DNA of 64,000 nucleotides, from contig JAMPGU010000008.1 of the NCBI GenBank assembly GCA_023663865.1, positions 715 through 64,714 on the forward strand, written 5' to 3'. Origin of the DNA: Clostridium sp. GTDB lineage: Bacteria; Bacillota; Clostridia; Oscillospirales; Acutalibacteraceae. The position numbers were made by a program, and so were the translations under genes. The notes below the pieces were generated by a model. It ran no database searches. It was given only the letters and a program-made list of their open reading frames with translations, and was not told where the DNA came from. The stretch's first letter is position 1. Each line of letters opens with the position of its first letter. This document shows, one piece after another, positions 1 through 8,010 of this stretch.

Positions 1-161
1 ATGAAAAATGCGAGTACAAATATTACCAGTACGATGGCAAATATAAATGCCAGAGGTTTTCCGAACAGAGGAATATGCTCTGCCGCTGCAAGCAATCCGA
101 TGATTATAAATGCTGTGACAATAAATATTGTAATGATTACGGCAATTTTTTTATTGTTCAA
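1..161 (-). CDS. N-terminal part of a hydrophobic membrane protein (continues past the left window edge)
   Basis: On the minus strand, GGAGGG (168-173) lies 6 nt upstream of TTG (159-161). An open frame follows to the edge: LNNKKIAVIITIFIVTAFIIIGLLAAAEHIPLFGKPLAFIFAIVLVIFVLAFF. The listed + ORF 1..240 looks like its shadow. Confidence 0.35.
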   Translation of the reverse strand, partial: MNNKKIAVIITIFIVTAFIIIGLLAAAEHIPLFGKPLAFIFAIVLVIFVLAFF

Positions 162-390
162 AAGAATCCCTCCGAATGGTAATAATGCACTGCGTCTCCA
201 TTTATATGTTTTCTTTTATTTTACCATAATCCATATGTAAAGTCCAGTGCGGTCTACACTGAATAAAAAGAGATTAAAGTCTGTCGGTAAGGGCTAAATA
301 TTAAAATTTGATGTCAAAACGCTGAAAATTATTGAAAACTTTGTTGATTAATAATAAGATATAACTAAATTATAGTGGTGGTATGTTTTT

Positions 391-969
391 ATGGATTTAC
401 TTAAACAGAAAATTTTAAATGAGGGTGAGGTCTATGAAGGCAATATCCTCAAGGTAGACGGTTTTCTTAATCACAGAATAGATGTGCCTTTTATGAAAGA
501 GGTTGCTAAGGAATTTCATAGATTATTTAAGGAGGACGGTGTTAACAAGATTTTGACTATCGAAGCATCCGGTATAGCTATAGGTGCGTTGGTAGCCGAG
601 GAGTTTGGCTGTCCTTTAGTATTTGCTAAAAAAACCAAAACCAAAAATATTGCCGGTGATGTTTATACCTCAAAGGTTGAATCCTTCACCCATGGCACTA
701 CGTACGATATTTTGGTATCAAAGCGTTTTCTTAATGAAAATGATAAAATCCTGATTGTTGATGATTTTCTTGCAGTCGGCAATGCACTCAACGGTCTGAT
801 TGAGCTTGTAGAAAAAAGCGGTGCTGCACTGGCAGGCTGCGGTGTAGCGATTGAAAAGGGCTTTCAGCATGGCGGCGACAAGCTTCGAGAAAAGGGTGTT
901 AAGGTTGAATCTCTTGCTATTGTTGAAAGTATGGATCACACCACAGGACAGGTTTATTTCAGAGATTAA
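391..969 (+). CDS. xpt: xanthine phosphoribosyltransferase
   Basis: 192 aa with an Xpt-like N-terminus (LKQKILNEGEV..ILKVDGFLNHRID) and the PRPP-binding loop ILIVDDFLAVGNA. Confidence 0.9.
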   Translation: MDLLKQKILNEGEVYEGNILKVDGFLNHRIDVPFMKEVAKEFHRLFKEDGVNKILTIEASGIAIGALVAEEFGCPLVFAKKTKTKNIAGDVYTSKVESFTHGTTYDILVSKRFLNENDKILIVDDFLAVGNALNGLIELVEKSGAALAGCGVAIEKGFQHGGDKLREKGVKVESLAIVESMDHTTGQVYFRD

Positions 970-1020
970 GGTTATAACGGCTTATTGCCTTATAATATAA
1001 AATTTTACGGAGGAATAATA

Positions 1021-2316
1021 ATGAAACTCACAAAGAAAATTTTGGCTGTAGTTCTTGCTGTTCTTATGGCAGTTTGCGCATTTGCAGGTTGCTCTAATGG
1101 TGCAGGACAAGCAGATGACGCCAAAAAAGGAATGACAGATGACCTTATTGCACGTGCAGAAATCAAGACGGACGTTACAGTTCCTGAAGATTTCAAAATC
1201 GGTATGATTTGCCTGCACGACGAAAACTCAACTTATGACAACAACTTTATTCAGGCTTTAAAGTCTGCCGCTCAGGGCATGGGTCTTAAAGACGAGCAGG
1301 TTGTTATCGTAACAAACATTGGTGAGGATGACAGCTGTTACAATGCTGCTGTTGACTTGGCAAAGAATAAGGGCTGCAATGTTATATTTGCTGACTCCTT
1401 CGGTCACGAGGCTTATATTGCAAGAGCTGCTAAGGAATATCCTGATGTTCAGTTCAGCCACGCAACAGGTACTTCATCAAAGTTCAGTGATCTCTCTAAC
1501 TTCCACAATGCATTTGCTTCAATCTACGAGGGCCGTTATCTTGCAGGTATTGCTGCTGGTATGAAGCTTAACGAAATGATTGAGTCCGGCAAAATCACAG
1601 CTGAGCAGGCTGTTATCGGTTATGTTGGTGCATTTACATATGCTGAGGTTATTTCTGGTATGACTTCATTCTATCTTGGTGCACGTTCCGTTTGCCCATC
1701 AGCTACAATGAAGGTTCGTTACACAGGCTCTTGGTATGACCAGGCTCTTGAGCAGGAGGCTGCTACAGCTCTTATCGAGAATGACAAGTGTGTTCTTATT
1801 TCACAGCACGCTGACTCACTTGGCGCTCCTACAGCTTGTGAGCTTGCAGGTGTTCCTAACGTTTCCTATAACGGTTCAACATATTCAGCAGGTGAAAACA
1901 CATTCATCATCTCATCAGCAATCAACTGGGCTCCATATTTCCAGTATATCATTGAGCAGACTGTTAAGGGCGAGGCTTATGATACAGATTGGACAGGTAC
2001 AATTGCTACAAACTCAGTTGTTATTTCAGGTCTTAACCAGGATGTAGCTGCTGCAGGCACACAGGAGGCTATTGAAAAGGCTGCTGCTCAGTTTAAGGCA
2101 GGCGAGCTTCATGTTTATGACACAAGCACATTTACTGTTGAGGGCAAAAACTTAACAGAGTATTTAGCTGATGTTGACGGTGACTTCACTGGTGAAACAA
2201 ATGTAATTCACGACGGATATTTCGATGAGTCAAATGCAGAGAAGTTCCGTTCAGCTCCATATTTTGATATCATCATCGACGGTGTTACAAACATCAATAC
2301 TAACTTCGGCGATTAA
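1021..2316 (+). CDS. BMP-family (PnrA/NupN-like) nucleoside-binding ABC transporter lipoprotein
   Basis: Start moved to the ATG at 1021 (GGAGG upstream). Signal peptide with lipobox FAGC. Sits in an operon with a tandem-ATPase and two permease genes. Confidence 0.88.
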   Translation: MKLTKKILAVVLAVLMAVCAFAGCSNGAGQADDAKKGMTDDLIARAEIKTDVTVPEDFKIGMICLHDENSTYDNNFIQALKSAAQGMGLKDEQVVIVTNIGEDDSCYNAAVDLAKNKGCNVIFADSFGHEAYIARAAKEYPDVQFSHATGTSSKFSDLSNFHNAFASIYEGRYLAGIAAGMKLNEMIESGKITAEQAVIGYVGAFTYAEVISGMTSFYLGARSVCPSATMKVRYTGSWYDQALEQEAATALIENDKCVLISQHADSLGAPTACELAGVPNVSYNGSTYSAGENTFIISSAINWAPYFQYIIEQTVKGEAYDTDWTGTIATNSVVISGLNQDVAAAGTQEAIEKAAAQFKAGELHVYDTSTFTVEGKNLTEYLADVDGDFTGETNVIHDGYFDESNAEKFRSAPYFDIIIDGVTNINTNFGD

Positions 2317-2385
2317 TTATTAGATAGATTTTGCTGCCGTGACCGATTTATTTCGGTCACGGTTTAGTGATTTAAGGAGGATGCT

Positions 2386-3924
2386 ATGGCTGATACTTTA
2401 GCATTACAATTAAAAGGTATTACAAAAACTTTTGGCTCTGTTGTTGCCAATAAAAATGTTGACCTGGATGTATATAAGGGTGAAATTCTTGCAATTCTCG
2501 GCGAAAATGGTTCAGGTAAAACAACACTTATGAATATGGTATCGGGAATTTACTATCCTGATGAGGGCGAAATTTTCGTTGGAGGAGAGCCCGTTATCAT
2601 CAAATCTCCTAAGGATGCATTTGACAATAAAATCGGAATGATACATCAGCATTTTAAACTTGTTGATGTTTTTAACGCTACGGAAAATATTGTTCTTGGT
2701 ATTGACGAGAAAAAATTTAATTTAAAGGCAGCAGAGAAAAAGGTCCGTGAAATTACCGAAAAATACGGCTTTACTGTTGATCTTAACAAAAAAATATATG
2801 AAATGTCTGTATCAGAAAGACAGACCGTTGAAATTATTAAGGTGCTTTACAGAGGTGCTGATATACTCATACTTGATGAGCCGACTGCTGTATTGACCCC
2901 ACAGGAAACTAAAAAATTATTCGATGTTCTTCGCAAAATGCGCGAGGACGGCAAATCGGTTGTTATAATTACACATAAACTTAATGAGGTTCTTGAAATC
3001 AGTGACAGGGTTACTGCACTGCGTAAGGGTATGCTTGTAGGCACAGTTAATACCTGTGATGCTACAGAAATGTCTTTAACGGAAATGATGATAGGCGAAA
3101 AGGTTGAGCTGAATATCCAGCGTGATGAGCCGATGAATCCGGTTGAAAGGCTTGTTATTGAGAACCTCACGGTTATTAATAAGGATGGCACAACAGCCCT
3201 TGACGATATTGCGTTTACGGCTTACGGCGGTGAAATACTCGGTATTGCAGGTATTTCCGGCTGCGGACAGAAGGAGCTTTTAGAGTCTATTGCAGGCTTA
3301 CAAATTACAACGAAAAAATCGAGTGTCCTTTATAAGCCTGATGATATGGGACCGCAGCAGCTTATTGGTAAAACACCAAGAGAAATCAGAAAGCTTGGTG
3401 TTGCGCTTTCCTTTGTTCCTGAGGACAGACTTGGTATGGGTCTTGTAGGTAATATGAATATTATCGACAATATGCTTCTTCGCTCCTACCGGGCAGGCAG
3501 CACGCCTTTCCTTGAAAAGAAGAAGCCGGGCAAGCTTGCAGATACAATTATCCATGACCTGGATGTTGTTACACCAAGTGCACAGACGCCAGTAAGGCGT
3601 CTTTCCGGCGGTAACATTCAAAAGGTATTGGTTGGCAGAGAGATTGCCTTAGAGCCAAGAGTGCTTATGGTTGCTTATCCTGTAAGAGGTCTTGATATTA
3701 ACTCATCATACACAATTTATAACCTGTTAAACGAGCAAAAAGAAAAGGGCGTTTCCATCATTTTTGTTGGTGAGGATTTGGATGTGCTTCTCGGACTGTG
3801 CGACAGAATTTTAGTTATGTGTTCAGGCAAGGTTTCAGGTATAGTAGATGCCAGAAAAACGACGAAAGAGGAAGTCGGTCTGTTAATGACAAAGGTAGGA
3901 GGTGCTGAAAATGGCAAAGAGTAA
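2386..3924 (+). CDS. ABC transporter ATP-binding protein (duplicated ATPase, nucleoside/sugar type)
   Basis: Walker A GENGSGKTT, signature LSGGNIQKV and two ATPase halves in 512 aa. Confidence 0.9.
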   Translation: MADTLALQLKGITKTFGSVVANKNVDLDVYKGEILAILGENGSGKTTLMNMVSGIYYPDEGEIFVGGEPVIIKSPKDAFDNKIGMIHQHFKLVDVFNATENIVLGIDEKKFNLKAAEKKVREITEKYGFTVDLNKKIYEMSVSERQTVEIIKVLYRGADILILDEPTAVLTPQETKKLFDVLRKMREDGKSVVIITHKLNEVLEISDRVTALRKGMLVGTVNTCDATEMSLTEMMIGEKVELNIQRDEPMNPVERLVIENLTVINKDGTTALDDIAFTAYGGEILGIAGISGCGQKELLESIAGLQITTKKSSVLYKPDDMGPQQLIGKTPREIRKLGVALSFVPEDRLGMGLVGNMNIIDNMLLRSYRAGSTPFLEKKKPGKLADTIIHDLDVVTPSAQTPVRRLSGGNIQKVLVGREIALEPRVLMVAYPVRGLDINSSYTIYNLLNEQKEKGVSIIFVGEDLDVLLGLCDRILVMCSGKVSGIVDARKTTKEEVGLLMTKVGGAENGKE

Positions 3925-5011
3925 AGTTCACGAGCCTTTAATCCATATTACAAAGCGTACGGATGTATCCTTTGGTACAGGCGTTTTAGTAAGAGTTATT
4001 GCTATTTTGCTGGCACTTATTACCTGTGGTATTGTTACAAAGGTATTTACCGGTGATGATCCTATCTCTATTTACAAAACGATTTTTCATGGTGCTTTTG
4101 GTAATGGCAGATTGCTTGTAACCATTCACGATATTGCCATTCTTCTTTGCGTTTCACTTGCTGTTACACCGGCCTTCAGAATGAAGTTCTGGAACATCGG
4201 TGCAGAAGGACAGGTGCTTATGGGCTGTCTTTCAACGGCTATGTGTATGTTCTACCTTGGCGGTAAAATTCCAGAGGTGCTCCTCATGGTTATTATGATT
4301 TTGGCTGCTGTTGTTTCTGCAGCAATATGGGGAGTTATTCCTGCATTCTTTAAAGCACATTGGGGTACGAACGAAACACTGTTCACCCTTATGATGAACT
4401 ATGTTGTTATTCAGCTTGTTGAATTTTTCCTTAAGGTGGCTGATAAGAGCGGATCAAACGTTGTTGGTCCTGACCTGCTGTCTCACGGCTGGTTCCCTAA
4501 ATTATTTGGTGAGGATTATATTTTGAGTATAGTCGTTGTCGCTGTTTTGACAATTCTATTGCACATTTATCTTAGATACAGCAAGCACGGCTACGAGATT
4601 TCTGTAATCGGTGAAAGTGAAAATACTGCAAGATACATTGGCATTAACGTTAAAAAGGTCATTGTAAGAACAATGGCGCTTTCAGGTGCTATCTGCGGTA
4701 TTGCCGGTGTGCTTTTGGTCGGCGGTTCTTCTCACTCTATCGACTCTAACTTGGTAGACGGCAGAGGCTTTACTGCCATTATGGTATCCTGGCTTGCTAA
4801 ATTTAATCCGATTACTATGATTTTAACAGCACTTCTTATCATATTTTTACAGCGTGGTGCTGACGAGGTTTCAACAAAATTCGGTCTTAACGCTGACTTT
4901 GCCGAGATATTGACCGGTATAATACTGTTCTTTATTATCGGCTGTGAATTCTTTATTAATTACAAGATTCACTTTAGAAGCAGTGCAAAAGCAAATAAGG
5001 AGGTAGAGTAA
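3911..5011 (+). CDS. ABC transporter permease (NupP-like)
   Basis: Polytopic hydrophobic protein. ATG at 3911 lies 8 nt after GGAGG (3898-3902) and overlaps the ATPase gene end. Confidence 0.85.
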   Translation: MAKSKVHEPLIHITKRTDVSFGTGVLVRVIAILLALITCGIVTKVFTGDDPISIYKTIFHGAFGNGRLLVTIHDIAILLCVSLAVTPAFRMKFWNIGAEGQVLMGCLSTAMCMFYLGGKIPEVLLMVIMILAAVVSAAIWGVIPAFFKAHWGTNETLFTLMMNYVVIQLVEFFLKVADKSGSNVVGPDLLSHGWFPKLFGEDYILSIVVVAVLTILLHIYLRYSKHGYEISVIGESENTARYIGINVKKVIVRTMALSGAICGIAGVLLVGGSSHSIDSNLVDGRGFTAIMVSWLAKFNPITMILTALLIIFLQRGADEVSTKFGLNADFAEILTGIILFFIIGCEFFINYKIHFRSSAKANKEVE

Positions 5012-5012
5012 T

Positions 5013-5993
5013 ATGGATGCAGTATTTCAGTTTATATTGCGTGCAATTATGCAAGGCACCCCTTTGCTTTACGGTGCAACAGGAGAAATTATTACTGAAA
5101 AGTCCGGTAATCTCAACCTCGGTATTCCCGGTATTATGTATATGGGTGCAATATCCGGTGTTATCGGTGGTTTCCTTTACCAAACAAATGCGAGTAATGT
5201 AAATTCCTTCTTAGCAGTCATTATTCCGCTTTTCTTCAGTATTATCGGTTCACTCTTGGTATCTCTTCTTTATTGCTTCCTGACCGTTACTTTAAGAGCA
5301 AATCAAAATGTTACAGGTCTTGCAATTACTACCTTTGGTGTGGGCTTCGGTAACTTTTTCGGCGGCTCATTAATTAAGGTGCTGAACAGTGATGTGCCTT
5401 ACCTTTCCTTGGTGAAAATTGCTACCGCATATAAAACGTCACTGCCTTTTGCAGCGAATATGGGTGCTTTTGGAAAAATGATTTTCTCCTATGGCTTTAT
5501 GGTTTATCTTGCCGTTATCATCGCATTGATTGCCAGCTTTGTTTTAAAGAAAACCAAGGTGGGCTTGCATCTCAGAGCTGTTGGTGAAAATCCTGCAACT
5601 GCAGATGCCGCAGGTATTAATGTTAACCGATATAAATATTTTGCAACAAGCATCGGCGGCGTGATTGCAGGCTTAGGCGGCTTGTATTATGTTCTGGACT
5701 ACAGCAATGGCATTTGGTCAAATAATGGATTTGGTGACCGAGGCTGGCTCGCTATCGCTATTGTAATTATAGCAATGTGGAAGCCGTCACTTTCCATTAT
5801 CGGTTCATACATTTTCGGTGCACTTTATATTTTGTTTAACTATTTAACTGTGCCTATGGCCTATATTCCAATTATTCAAATGCTTCCTTATGTTGCAACA
5901 ATTGTTGTTCTTATTTTTGTAAGTATGAAGAATAAAAAGGAAAATCAGGGTCCTCAGTCTCTGGGACTGTCTTATTTCAGAGAAGAAAGATAA
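5013..5993 (+). CDS. ABC transporter permease (NupQ-like)
   Basis: Polytopic hydrophobic protein. Starts 1 nt after the preceding stop, with GGAGG upstream. Confidence 0.85.
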   Translation: MDAVFQFILRAIMQGTPLLYGATGEIITEKSGNLNLGIPGIMYMGAISGVIGGFLYQTNASNVNSFLAVIIPLFFSIIGSLLVSLLYCFLTVTLRANQNVTGLAITTFGVGFGNFFGGSLIKVLNSDVPYLSLVKIATAYKTSLPFAANMGAFGKMIFSYGFMVYLAVIIALIASFVLKKTKVGLHLRAVGENPATADAAGINVNRYKYFATSIGGVIAGLGGLYYVLDYSNGIWSNNGFGDRGWLAIAIVIIAMWKPSLSIIGSYIFGALYILFNYLTVPMAYIPIIQMLPYVATIVVLIFVSMKNKKENQGPQSLGLSYFREER

Positions 5994-6009
5994 ATTTGAT
6001 AAAATAAAT

Positions 6010-6043
6010 GCCTCCCATCACAGTGCCTTGGGAGGCAAAATTT
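6010..6043 (+). terminator. hairpin after the ABC transporter operon
   Basis: GCCUCCCA (6010-6017) pairs with UGGGAGGC (6029-6036). The trailing U-run is weak (AAAAUUUAUU). Confidence 0.45.
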
Positions 6044-6062
6044 ATTGTCTGTTGGAGATTGT

Positions 6063-6728
6063 ATGAAAAAGATAAAAATGTCACGTGAGCTTGCTTATGT
6101 TTTGGGTATGGTGTTTATGCCCTTTGCAGTTGCATTTTCAATTAAGGCAAATTTCGGAATGTCAATGATTGCCGCTCCCGGTTACATAATAAGTGAAAAA
6201 ATTTTCTTGACGAATGGTCAGGTGGAGTGGATTATGCAGGGCGTTTTTTTGATATTAATGTGTATCATCATAAAGCGTTTCAGGCTAACGTATCTGACAA
6301 GCTTTGCCAGTGCACTTATCTATGGTGCGCTGCTTGATTTGGCAAGATGGATTGTCGATTTTATTCCGGCTCAGAGTATTGCTGCCAGAGTGGTGTTTTT
6401 TGTACTGGGTATGGTTTTAACCAGCTTTTCCGTGGCAATGTTTTTTAATACATATCTTGCCCCTTGTGCCTATGACTATTTTGTCCGTGAGGTCGGATCT
6501 GCTAAAAAGCTGGATATGCGCAAGTGGAAGCTGGGGTATGATTTTTCTATGCTTGTGTTTTCAATTGTTCTGTCTCTTGTATTGTTTCATAAGTTTATCG
6601 GTATCAGCTTTGGCACATTGATTATAGTGGTATGCAATGGTAATATTATATCATTTTTCTCAAAGCTTTTTGATAAGCATATAAGCTTTTATGACAGATT
6701 TCCATTGGCAAAATATTTTGAGAATTGA
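6063..6728 (+). CDS. polytopic membrane protein (YczE/DUF6198-like, uncertain)
   Basis: ATG at 6063 follows GGAGA. Multiple TM segments and an N-terminal motif AFSIKANFGMS. Confidence 0.65.
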   Translation: MKKIKMSRELAYVLGMVFMPFAVAFSIKANFGMSMIAAPGYIISEKIFLTNGQVEWIMQGVFLILMCIIIKRFRLTYLTSFASALIYGALLDLARWIVDFIPAQSIAARVVFFVLGMVLTSFSVAMFFNTYLAPCAYDYFVREVGSAKKLDMRKWKLGYDFSMLVFSIVLSLVLFHKFIGISFGTLIIVVCNGNIISFFSKLFDKHISFYDRFPLAKYFEN

Positions 6729-6736
6729 GGTTTAAT

Positions 6737-7216
6737 ATGGTTATTAGGGAATTTACGAAATGTGATGTTGGTCAGATGATTTCTATTTGGAATGATATTG
6801 TGGAGCAGGGGATTGCTTTTCCGCAGGAGGAGCTGCTGACAGAGGAAAACGGCTGTACCTTCTTTTCTGCGCAGACCTATACTGCCGTTGCAGAGCTTGA
6901 TGATAAAATTGTGGGGCTGTATATTCTTCATCCGAATAATGTGGGCAGATGCGGACATATATGTAACGCCAGCTTCGCAGTAGATGCCAAATGCAGAGGA
7001 CAGCATATCGGCGAAAAGCTGGTGCTCGATTGCATCCGTCAGGGTAAAGCCGAGGGCTTTAAAGTGCTCCAGTTCAATGCGGTGGTTGAAAGCAATGTCC
7101 ACGCACGTAATTTATATAAGCGCCTGGGCTTTATCCAGCTTGGCACAATACCAAACGGCTTCCGCCTGAAAGATAATACCTACGCGAACATCTGCCCCTA
7201 CTATATTGAATTATAA
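6737..7216 (+). CDS. GNAT family N-acetyltransferase
   Basis: Acetyl-CoA motif region RGQHIGEKLV..., C-terminal ARNLYKRLGF. ATG at 6737 lies 6 nt after GAGG. Confidence 0.85.
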   Translation: MVIREFTKCDVGQMISIWNDIVEQGIAFPQEELLTEENGCTFFSAQTYTAVAELDDKIVGLYILHPNNVGRCGHICNASFAVDAKCRGQHIGEKLVLDCIRQGKAEGFKVLQFNAVVESNVHARNLYKRLGFIQLGTIPNGFRLKDNTYANICPYYIEL

Positions 7217-7237
7217 CAATAAAAGGTTCTGATTTTG

Positions 7238-7471
7238 TTAATCAGAACCTTTTGTTTTTGGGTATGCACTTTTTTCATCAGTAAGATTCAATAAATAGTC
7301 CACACTTACATTGTGTATTTTTGCAAGCTTTATCAATGTTTCCGGTGTCATAGAGTTTATACCATTCTCATAGGCGGCATAGGTGCGCCTGTTAATAAAT
7401 AGCATATCAGCAATTTTTTGTTGTGTCCAATCCTTATCCTCACGCAAATCTCGTATGCGGTTGTATTTCAT
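7238..7471 (-). CDS. XRE-family helix-turn-helix transcriptional regulator
   Basis: HTH segment WTQQKIADMLFINRRTYAAYENG. ATG at 7471 is preceded by GGTGA. Confidence 0.85.
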   Translation of the reverse strand: MKYNRIRDLREDKDWTQQKIADMLFINRRTYAAYENGINSMTPETLIKLAKIHNVSVDYLLNLTDEKSAYPKTKGSD

Positions 7472-7495
7472 TTGTATCACCAAATTTATTATACA

Positions 7496-7539
7496 ATGCC
7501 ATAAATCCTGCCATTGACTTTTGGCAGAATTTATGGCAT
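7496..7539. promoter_or_regulatory. 44-bp near-perfect palindrome (candidate operator) in the divergent XRE / small-ORF promoter region
   Basis: ATGCCATAAATCCTGCCA-ttgactt-TTGGCAGAATTTATGGCAT has 18 of 19 arm positions complementary. The centre contains a TTGACT -35-like hexamer. Confidence 0.5.
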
Positions 7540-7575
7540 TATTAATAAGGCGTAAGTTTATGAAGGGAGAAAACT

Positions 7576-7740
7576 ATGAAAAAATATGTTGTATGTACAT
7601 CTAAGGGAACAATACATTTCCATGATTGCTGTTATTTGAATTTGGCGAAAAGAGAAAATAAACAGGAGTATTATACAATTGAAGAAGCAAAACAATCATG
7701 TGAAAAGCAATTAAGTTATTGTTCGCGTTGCTTTTCCTGA
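7576..7740 (+). CDS. small Cys-rich protein (Ada-like metal-binding / zinc-ribbon style), 54 aa
   Basis: Not in the ORF track because it is under 60 aa. GGGAGA SD, ATG at 7576. Sequence: MKKYVVCTSKGTIHFHDCCYLNLAKRENKQEYYTIEEAKQSCEKQLSYCSRCFS. Confidence 0.5.
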   Translation: MKKYVVCTSKGTIHFHDCCYLNLAKRENKQEYYTIEEAKQSCEKQLSYCSRCFS

Positions 7741-7755
7741 TAGGAGGGGTAAATA

Positions 7756-8007
7756 ATGGTATTAGATGAAGATATTAAATGTAATCTGTTTGTGCTAATA
7801 GCAAATAAATCTAAAAATAATTATGATTTTGAGGCGAGTATTGATTTAGATGAAATTGGTATTGTCAGAAATGAAGAAAATGCGTTGACATTAAAAGCAT
7901 GGCTAACCAGTCAATCAAATATAATTGATGTGAAATACTCAGGTCATTGTCGTTTAGTAGTACGCGTAACATCTGAATTTATAAATAATTTTTCTACGGA
8001 GGAGTAG
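7756..8007 (+). CDS. hypothetical protein
   Basis: AGGAGGGG SD. 83-aa ORF packed tightly between the small ORF and the LRR gene. No motif recognised. Confidence 0.5.
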   Translation: MVLDEDIKCNLFVLIANKSKNNYDFEASIDLDEIGIVRNEENALTLKAWLTSQSNIIDVKYSGHCRLVVRVTSEFINNFSTEE

Positions 8008-8010
8008 CTT

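Noticed and set aside
1-240. Listed + strand ORF of 79 aa at the left edge.
   Set aside because: It has low-complexity composition and no SD. The opposite strand carries a better model (SD plus a TTG start and a hydrophobic membrane-protein N-terminus), so the + ORF is treated as a shadow.
241-390. Expected a purine (guanine) riboswitch upstream of xpt, as in Bacillus.
   Set aside because: None of the conserved core strings (UAUAAU...AUAUGG...CUACC...CCGUAAAU...GACUAUG) are present. A plausible promoter (TTGAAA-17-TAAGAT, 332-360) leaves only a ~25-nt leader.
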